15,799 bases of DNA from Methanobacteriaceae archaeon (GTDB lineage Archaea > Methanobacteriota > Methanobacteria > Methanobacteriales > Methanobacteriaceae). Below are positions 8,179 to 15,113 of the stretch, piece by piece. The DNA lies in assembly GCA_003558085.1 (NCBI GenBank), contig PWMT01000003.1, positions 1 through 15,799 of the forward strand, given 5' to 3'. The notes under the pieces are model-generated. The model ran no database searches. It was not told the DNA's origin and saw only the letters and a list, made by a program, of their open reading frames with translations. Position 1 is the stretch's first letter. The number at the start of each line of letters is the position of its first letter. The translations under genes were made by a program, and so were the position numbers.

Positions 8179-9198
8179 TCAATGAATGGCTTTGTTTTTC
8201 AATCTTTTAACTCTCTGATCTAGAACTTCATGGTCAAGTGCCAATATTTCCGCTGCTAAAATTGCTGCATTTCCACCATTAGCTATGCCAACTGTTCCCA
8301 CTGGTACTCCAGGAGGCATGTTTACCATGGAAAGTAGTGAATCTAAGCCTCCCATTCTTAATGGACAAGGCACCCCAATCACTGGTTTATCAGTTAAAGC
8401 CACTACCGCGCCGGTTACATGAGCTGAAAGACCGCTTATGGCTATGAAAAGTTTAACCTCAGACATTCGTTCCATATATTTTTCAAAACGTTCAGGGTAA
8501 CGTATAGGGGAGATGACATTCATATCATAAGTTATGCCCAATCTATCCAGAAACATAGTGGTTTTTTTAGCCACTTTCATATCCGAATAACTTCCTGGTA
8601 TAACCGCAACCATAGGATATTGAGGGGATTTTTCTTCTACCAATTCATTTTTTTTACTTGGCCTATCAGCGAATTCTAAGTAATTATCGCCAGGAGAATA
8701 AAAATTTCCTTCTATATTATTCAATAATTGTGCTTCGTCACGTTGTACCTTATCATAAAAACTTTCTCGTAACTGGAAAACTTTTTTGCGGACATTTTCA
8801 TCGTGTATACCTATAATTTGAGCAGCCAGTAAAGCTCCATTTTCTCCCCTATCTATTCCTACTGTTGCCACAGGGGCAGGGAATGGCATTTGTGAGCAGG
8901 CAAATAAGGCATCTAATCCTCCGACTTTAACATCGACAGGTACACCTATAACTGGTCGATGAGTATTAGCGGCAATCATGCCAGGGAGGTGTGCTGATAG
9001 CCCAGCAATACCAATAAACACTTCTACACCTTTAAGGGTAGATTGCAATACTATTTCTTTTACTTTTTCATGGGTTCGATGAGCAGAAGCTACTCTTAAA
9101 TCATAAGGTATTTCCAATTGTTCTAGGATATCTAAGGCTTTCTTGGCTATATTATAATCAGAAGCACTTCCTAGAAGTATCATTACTTTAGGGGTCAT
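8179..9198 (-). CDS. purE: PurE (N5-CAIR mutase / AIR carboxylase) with two tandem PurE domains
   Basis: Domain 1: GSASD, SAHRT, AGLSAHLPG, PVIGVP. Domain 2: GSYSD, SGLSAH, PVIGVP, MPPGVPVGTV. ATG 9198 follows an AGGTGA RBS (ORF track begins at GTG 9210). Confidence 0.95.
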   Translation of the reverse strand: MTPKVMILLGSASDYNIAKKALDILEQLEIPYDLRVASAHRTHEKVKEIVLQSTLKGVEVFIGIAGLSAHLPGMIAANTHRPVIGVPVDVKVGGLDALFACSQMPFPAPVATVGIDRGENGALLAAQIIGIHDENVRKKVFQLRESFYDKVQRDEAQLLNNIEGNFYSPGDNYLEFADRPSKKNELVEEKSPQYPMVAVIPGSYSDMKVAKKTTMFLDRLGITYDMNVISPIRYPERFEKYMERMSEVKLFIAISGLSAHVTGAVVALTDKPVIGVPCPLRMGGLDSLLSMVNMPPGVPVGTVGIANGGNAAILAAEILALDHEVLDQRVKRLKNKAIH

Positions 9199-9254
9199 GT
9201 TCAAATTCACCTTTTACAGGATTTTATTAATAGAAAATAGATTTTATATTAAAA

Positions 9255-9368
9255 TTCTAGATATATTTATATAGCATGGTTTATTTAAGTTAGTTACTAC
9301 TAGTATAATTAAGTAAATAAATGTTAAATGGCATTGGCTTTAGAGCCTTAATTCTTCTAGATATATTT
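9255..9368. repeat. 14-bp direct repeat TTCTAGATATATTT, two copies 100 bp apart, in the divergent purE/glycosyltransferase intergenic region
   Basis: Exact copies at 9255-9268 and 9355-9368. Confidence 0.75.
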
Positions 9369-9411
9369 TATTTAGAAAATATTACTCCCAATATACATTT
9401 GAGGTGCAAAA

Positions 9412-11133
9412 TTGTCTTGGCTTATATTGATTTTCTTGTTGTTAGTATCTGATTTAAAAGCCCACAAATCTAATAGAGAAAACACGGTTTCAGTGATAAT
9501 ACCTGCTTTTAATGAAAGTAAAACCGTGGCTGATGTAGTGAAAACTGCTTTGTCTTTAGATTATGTAACTGAAGTAATAGTCGTAGATGATGGGTCAAAA
9601 GACAACACCGGGGAAATAGCAAAAAAAGCTGGGGCTAAAATTTTCTCTCATTTGAGAAATATGGGAAAAGGATCAGCTCTTAAAACTGGTTTTAAAGTTT
9701 CAAAAGGAGATATAGTAGCATTTATCGATGCTGATTTGAAAAATTTAACCTCTGAAAAGGTTGATAAAATAATTAAACCAATCTTGGAGGATAAAGCAGA
9801 CATCACCAAAACTAAATTTAAACGCAAGGCAGGCAGGGTAACTGAACTCACTGCTAAACCCCTTTTAAATTTTTTCTTTCCTGAAATTAAGTTTGAACAG
9901 CCATTAAGCGGCCAATTCGCTGGAAAAAGAACGGCTATAAATAAAATACAATTTGAAGAAGACTATGGTGTAGATGTAGGTATAGTATTAGATGCGGATG
10001 TACAAGGATTTAAAATCAAAGAAGTGGATATAGGTTCTCTCCAACATAAATCATCTCCTTTAAATGAATTAAATGTAGTGGCTAATGAAGTAGTCCGAAC
10101 CATTGTGGATCGTGCACTGGAATATGGTCGGGTTACTATGATGGACTCTTTAGGTAAATATATTCGTATGGGTATTTTAGGACTTTCTCTGGCTTCCTTA
10201 GGAGTTTTCACCTTATTTTTTATCAGACAAATTCCGCCGGTATTAGGAATTTCAATAGGAATTATAGGATTGGTGATCGCCACTTTTTATATCATAAAAC
10301 TAATCAGAAGATCATTTTACATTCTCTTAAGAAAACAAGGCCGTAATAAATCTTTAAAATCATTTCTATATATGCATTCTCCTATTTTAGTTTCTAGTTT
10401 AATATTAGTAGCCATGCTCTTTACTCTACTTAGTGCAGTTAATGTTGGTGAGGGAAGCATATCTATTGAACCAGCTAGTAGAAATGTAATCATATGGAGA
10501 AATACTACTGATAATCGTACTTTTGATGTTAGGGGTCCCTACACAGTAGATAGTGCTTTAGAAAATGAAGAAACCATTATAAGATCACCTGTAGATGCTT
10601 TAGATACATTAGGACTTAAACATGACGATATTATTTTTATAAAAGACCAGACCTATGTTTTTAAAGAGCCCAGAATAGCAGAAGGTAATATAATACGTAT
10701 TCCAAGAGAAGCTCGTTTAGCTCTTAACGTAGTGGAAAGAGAAGTAATTGCCGATGGAAACTTACGTAAGGTTTTTGATAATTTATATGTGCAAAGAGAT
10801 TTATCTCTGCAGGGATCACAAGCAGAAAATTTGACCTTAAATGAAGGTGCAATTATCCGCAGCACTCCTCAAACAGGCCGATTAGTAAATATTTATTTAA
10901 ATGATGAAAAAATAGCTACTACCAGGGGTATATTCCAAAATGATACTTACAGTATATATATTAATGATATAAGAGTGAGGAACATTTATTGGAATGAAAA
11001 TAATGATAATATGACCTATTATTTCTATTGGGGAAACCAGGAAGTCAAATTAGAAATCTTAAATAAAGTTACTGCTGATATGCAGTTTGCTACTGCTTCA
11101 CAGGGCCGATTTTTAAATTTCTATATTATATAA
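9412..11133 (+). CDS. GT2/GT-A glycosyltransferase (GpgS-like domain) with three C-terminal TM helices and a large predicted extracytoplasmic domain
   Basis: VSVIIPAFNE, VVDDGSKD, GKGSAL, FIDADL, GRVTELTAKPLL, QPLSGQFAG, DYGVDVG; TTG start after GAGGTG RBS at 9401-9406. Confidence 0.85.
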   Translation: MSWLILIFLLLVSDLKAHKSNRENTVSVIIPAFNESKTVADVVKTALSLDYVTEVIVVDDGSKDNTGEIAKKAGAKIFSHLRNMGKGSALKTGFKVSKGDIVAFIDADLKNLTSEKVDKIIKPILEDKADITKTKFKRKAGRVTELTAKPLLNFFFPEIKFEQPLSGQFAGKRTAINKIQFEEDYGVDVGIVLDADVQGFKIKEVDIGSLQHKSSPLNELNVVANEVVRTIVDRALEYGRVTMMDSLGKYIRMGILGLSLASLGVFTLFFIRQIPPVLGISIGIIGLVIATFYIIKLIRRSFYILLRKQGRNKSLKSFLYMHSPILVSSLILVAMLFTLLSAVNVGEGSISIEPASRNVIIWRNTTDNRTFDVRGPYTVDSALENEETIIRSPVDALDTLGLKHDDIIFIKDQTYVFKEPRIAEGNIIRIPREARLALNVVEREVIADGNLRKVFDNLYVQRDLSLQGSQAENLTLNEGAIIRSTPQTGRLVNIYLNDEKIATTRGIFQNDTYSIYINDIRVRNIYWNENNDNMTYYFYWGNQEVKLEILNKVTADMQFATASQGRFLNFYII

Positions 11134-11139
11134 TTCAAC

Positions 11140-12072
11140 CTAATAATATACTTTAACTGCTTCTTCTACATCATCATAAAGACCTAACGCAGCCAACGCA
11201 CCAATTTTTCCCTGAGATCCAGTAACTTCAAAAAGTTCTATTTTTAAACTTTCAGCTACTTTTTCTGCTTCTTCTACAGTTATCATAGTCTTTTTAGCCC
11301 TATGTGCATAATCACGAAGTTGTGATGGAATTTGAATACCTTTCAAAACTGCTATAGCAGTTTTATCTGATAAGGTATTGTTCTTTAATATTTTAATGGC
11401 CTTTTCAACTAATTTTTCTGTTTCTTCTGGTTTAACTGCAAAGCTCAAAGCTACAGAAACACAATTTTGGGTTTTATGAGGATTATGGGGAAATAATTGT
11501 ACAATAACATGATCAATATATTGAAAACCTTGCTTTAATAATTCCATTCCCATATTATGGGCCATAGTCCATGTAGCTCCTTCTTCAGGTGTATCAGTAT
11601 CATCCACACCTATAACTACTTTCTCCATACGAGGGGTAACTACAGCCGCTTTCCCTAATTTAGAACCCCCTCCTACATCGAATAACTCTATTCTTTTAAC
11701 TCCATCTGCCATTCCTCTACAAAAGGCTGCTCCTACCCCAGCACCCGCCAATCCTGCATGTATTACTTTTACTTCATCATCATTTATCACAACTTCTTCT
11801 ATACCTGCAGCGTTAACACTTGCCTTTAATTCTAAAGGTGTTTTACCTACTTTAACTATGAAGACATGTTTATTACCATCTCTATATGAACTTTGGATTA
11901 ATTGACTGGTACGCTGATATTGGCTAACCACCCAATGGGAACCTGATACACAGGGATGATACTCAACTATTTCCACTAGATCACCATCTACCATGGTCAA
12001 TACTTTATGATAGGGAGCAATCCAGGGATCATTGAACTTATCTTTTAAATCTTGAGGAGTAAAAATTTCCAT
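11140..12072 (-). CDS. mmp11: Methanogenesis marker protein 11 (C-terminal TiaS-like DDTD domain)
   Basis: DPWIAPY, AAGIE, GLAGAGVGA, GVDDTDTPEEGATW, VQLFP..P.KTQNC, GKIGALAA. ATG 12072 follows a GGAG RBS (ORF track begins at GTG 12087). Confidence 0.85.
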   Translation of the reverse strand: MEIFTPQDLKDKFNDPWIAPYHKVLTMVDGDLVEIVEYHPCVSGSHWVVSQYQRTSQLIQSSYRDGNKHVFIVKVGKTPLELKASVNAAGIEEVVINDDEVKVIHAGLAGAGVGAAFCRGMADGVKRIELFDVGGGSKLGKAAVVTPRMEKVVIGVDDTDTPEEGATWTMAHNMGMELLKQGFQYIDHVIVQLFPHNPHKTQNCVSVALSFAVKPEETEKLVEKAIKILKNNTLSDKTAIAVLKGIQIPSQLRDYAHRAKKTMITVEEAEKVAESLKIELFEVTGSQGKIGALAALGLYDDVEEAVKVYY

Positions 12073-12129
12073 GATTAAAATCTCCACATTGTTACCTAAA
12101 TCTCATTTATATTTTTAATAGATTAAATT

Positions 12130-12189
12130 ATTTATTAGTTATTTTAAAACTGATTTTCATGGCATTTATTAGTTATTTTAAGTGATTTT
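12130..12189. repeat. Imperfect tandem direct repeat (18-bp exact core ATTTATTAGTTATTTTAA, then TGATTTT) between hisF and mmp11
   Basis: Exact core copies at 12130-12147 and 12164-12181, each followed closely by TGATTTT. Confidence 0.75.
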
Positions 12190-12253
12190 TTGCACTTTTG
12201 TTGTATTTAACGAGTTGTAAAAAAATTTTAAATCTCTTTAATCAAAATTCTTT

Positions 12254-13018
12254 TTAAAGGTAAACATCTAGGCCCTTTTTATTAAGAAATTCTTTTACTT
12301 TTTTTATACCTAAAATACGGTAATGAAATACTGAAGCAGCTAATAATATTTCAGCCCCACCTTTATCCACCGCTTCATAGAAATCATTTAATTTACCAGC
12401 ACCTCCAGAGGCTATGACAGGTATATTCAAGTTAGCGCTTATGGCTCTGGTAAATTCAAGGTCATAACCATCTTGAGTTCCATCACCATCCATACTGGTT
12501 AGTAAAATGGCTCCAGCACCTAAATTTTCACATTCTATTGCCCAGGCAACAGCATCCATACCTGCTGGCTTTTTCCCACCAGCCACTACTACTTCAAATC
12601 CAGAGGGAAAATTTACATTACGACACCCGTCAATGGCTACGATTATCTTTTCAGATCCACATCTATTTGAAGCTTCTTTAACTAAATCAGGGTTTTCAAC
12701 CGCGGCACTGTTTATGGATACTTTGCTTGCCCCGGCTTTAAGGGTTAAACCGATATCCTTAAGTGTTGAAATTCCTCCCCCAACTGTTAATGGTATTTCT
12801 ATAACTTTTGAAACATTTTTAACCCATTCGAGTCTGGTTGATCTATTTTCCAAAGTAGCTGCTATGTCTAGCATAGCTAATTCATCAGCCCCTTCTATTT
12901 GATATTGTAATGCATGTTCTACCGGGTCACCGGCATCTTTCAATTCTAAAAAATTTACTCCTTTTACCACTCGTCCTTCTTTCATATCTAAGCAGGGCAT
13001 AATTTTGATCTTACTCAT
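12254..13018 (-). CDS. hisF: Imidazole glycerol phosphate synthase cyclase subunit (HisF), stand-alone and atypical
   Basis: PCLD..GRVVKGVNF, GDPVE, DEL..LDI, VGGGI, KVSINSAA, VAID, LLTSMDGDGT..GYD, ASGGAG, AASVFH. ATG 13018 follows a GGTGGAG RBS (ORF track begins at 13033). Confidence 0.92.
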   Translation of the reverse strand: MSKIKIMPCLDMKEGRVVKGVNFLELKDAGDPVEHALQYQIEGADELAMLDIAATLENRSTRLEWVKNVSKVIEIPLTVGGGISTLKDIGLTLKAGASKVSINSAAVENPDLVKEASNRCGSEKIIVAIDGCRNVNFPSGFEVVVAGGKKPAGMDAVAWAIECENLGAGAILLTSMDGDGTQDGYDLEFTRAISANLNIPVIASGGAGKLNDFYEAVDKGGAEILLAASVFHYRILGIKKVKEFLNKKGLDVYL

Positions 13019-13066
13019 TAAATCTCCACCCATATATCTGCATGAATAATTACCTATATCAGGATA

Positions 13067-13108
13067 TCAATGATGTAGTAGCGTGTTATTTTTTTTATCA
13101 ACAAACAT
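13067..13108 (-). other. Candidate leader peptide (uORF) MFVDKKNNTLLHH upstream of hisF
   Basis: ATG at 13108-13106, ends CAT CAT TGA (13075-13067); no obvious RBS of its own. Confidence 0.25.
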
Positions 13109-13187
13109 TAATTTATTTTAAAAAAATAATTGTTTTTTCCTGCCCTATTTTAAGCATCAAAAACATGATTATTTATAAACTAATCTT

Positions 13188-13202
13188 AAAAAAAATAAAA
13201 AA
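13188..13202 (-). terminator. Oligo-T terminator candidate downstream of ribH
   Basis: Reads T6-A-T8 on the minus strand about 55 nt after the ribH stop. Confidence 0.4.
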
Positions 13203-13257
13203 TTAATGCATGTGAAAGTTTGTTAATTAATAGAAATCAGCTTATAGAAAATTGTAA

Positions 13258-13671
<414 letters not shown>

Positions 13672-13704
13672 TTATTTGCCTCCAAGTATTCTTAGAAATC
13701 TTAT

Positions 13705-13788
13705 TTATAAATAAATAATAACTGCTCCAATACTACTAATCACCATTAGAAAGACGATGAAAAGTGCTATAATTTGTATTTTATTCAT
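13705..13788 (-). CDS. Small 27-aa single-transmembrane protein MNKIQIIALFIVFLMVISSIGAVIIYL (below the ORF-track cutoff)
   Basis: ATG 3 nt after the cysteine desulfurase stop; GGAG RBS within the last codons of that gene; fills the gap to ribH; basic N-terminus plus one hydrophobic helix. Confidence 0.72.
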   Translation of the reverse strand: MNKIQIIALFIVFLMVISSIGAVIIYL

Positions 13789-13791
13789 TGT

Positions 13792-14991
13792 TTATGCTCC
13801 CCATGTTTTTGTAAGTTCTCCCACAGTATCAGCTAGTTCCTGTATTTCTTCTAAAGTATTATAATAATGTAAGGATGCCCTTATCGTTCCTCCTTTCTGA
13901 TATGCGCCGATATGCCTCATAGCGGGTATGGCGCAATGATAACCACTTCTAACACAGATTCCTTTAACTTCATCCAGTATCTTAGCCACATCATGTGGGT
14001 TCATATTATTTATGTTAAAGGATACAATACCATAAATATTTTGGGGATCACCATAGACTGTAACTTGTTCAATTTCAGCCAGAGAATCATATAATATTTC
14101 CGTGTACTTTAAACCATGGTTTTCAATTCTTTTTAATCCAATCTGATTAATATAGTCTATAGAAGCCCCTAATCCAATAAAACCAGCAATATTTGGTGTT
14201 CCTCCTTCAAAACGATAAGGACTATCTTCTAATTCAAAATCGCTTTCAGATACATCATATACAGTACCTCCCCCTAATAAACTAACATCTAATTCAGATG
14301 CCTGTTCTTGGCAGCAGTACAGAAAACCAGTACCCACCGGTCCCATGGTACCTTTATGTCCGGGAAAGGCTACAAAATGGGCTTTCATTTTATTCACGTT
14401 GACTTCCATATGTCCTATGGACTGGGCGGCATCAATCAAATAGAGAACATCTTGTTCTTGAGCAATTTTACCGATCTCCTCCACATCTTGTTGAGATCCC
14501 AGAGCATTGGAAACTTGTGTAACAGTTATAAGGCGAGTAGTTTCATCCACAGCATCTTCAATGGTGGAAGGATCTATGATTCCCTGGGGATCCGCTTTAA
14601 CTACATTAATTTCCACTCCCCTTTTTTTCAGGTTTAACCAGGGAATGAAATTAGAATGATGTTCAATATTTGGAACCACTACCGAGTCACCTTTATTAAA
14701 GTCAATCCCTTGGGCCACTATGTTTATAGCTTCAGTAGTGTTTTTAGTGAATATTATATCCGATGTATCTGCCTTTATGAATCGAGCCACCTTAGAACGG
14801 GCGTCATTTATTTTTCGGGTTGCTTTAACTGCTATAGAATAAGCTCCTCTGCCAATATTAGCATTATAATTATAAAAATAATTACTCATGGCTTTTATTA
14901 CTGGTACAGGAGTAGGTGTGGTGCTGGCCGCATCTAAGTATATGAGCTCTTTGAGCATGGGTATATCCTGACGTACATCTTCAATATCCAT
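13792..14991 (-). CDS. PLP-dependent cysteine desulfurase, group II (SufS/CsdA-like)
   Basis: IYLDAAST, FTKNTTEAIN, EHHSN..PW, DAAQS, FPGHK (PLP lysine), GGGT, FEGGTPN, CVRSGYHCA (catalytic Cys), RASLHYYN. Confidence 0.92.
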   Translation of the reverse strand: MDIEDVRQDIPMLKELIYLDAASTTPTPVPVIKAMSNYFYNYNANIGRGAYSIAVKATRKINDARSKVARFIKADTSDIIFTKNTTEAINIVAQGIDFNKGDSVVVPNIEHHSNFIPWLNLKKRGVEINVVKADPQGIIDPSTIEDAVDETTRLITVTQVSNALGSQQDVEEIGKIAQEQDVLYLIDAAQSIGHMEVNVNKMKAHFVAFPGHKGTMGPVGTGFLYCCQEQASELDVSLLGGGTVYDVSESDFELEDSPYRFEGGTPNIAGFIGLGASIDYINQIGLKRIENHGLKYTEILYDSLAEIEQVTVYGDPQNIYGIVSFNINNMNPHDVAKILDEVKGICVRSGYHCAIPAMRHIGAYQKGGTIRASLHYYNTLEEIQELADTVGELTKTWGA

Positions 14992-15113
14992 TTTTTCTCC
15001 ACTTTTTTATAGATGAATAATTAAATTTTTTCTTAAGCTATAATCCGTCCCATTTTTTGTAAATATTACTTTAATGTAGTTTTAGAAGGATTATAAAAAA
15101 ATGAAATCTTAGA

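Noticed and set aside
12130-12189. Repeats considered as a mini-CRISPR array
   Set aside because: Only two 18-bp copies with a 16-nt spacer, no CRISPR-like repeat end, and no cas genes.
13066-13080. ATGATG resembling a C/D-box sRNA C box
   Set aside because: Imperfect C box (ATGATGT) and no downstream CTGA D box at a suitable distance.
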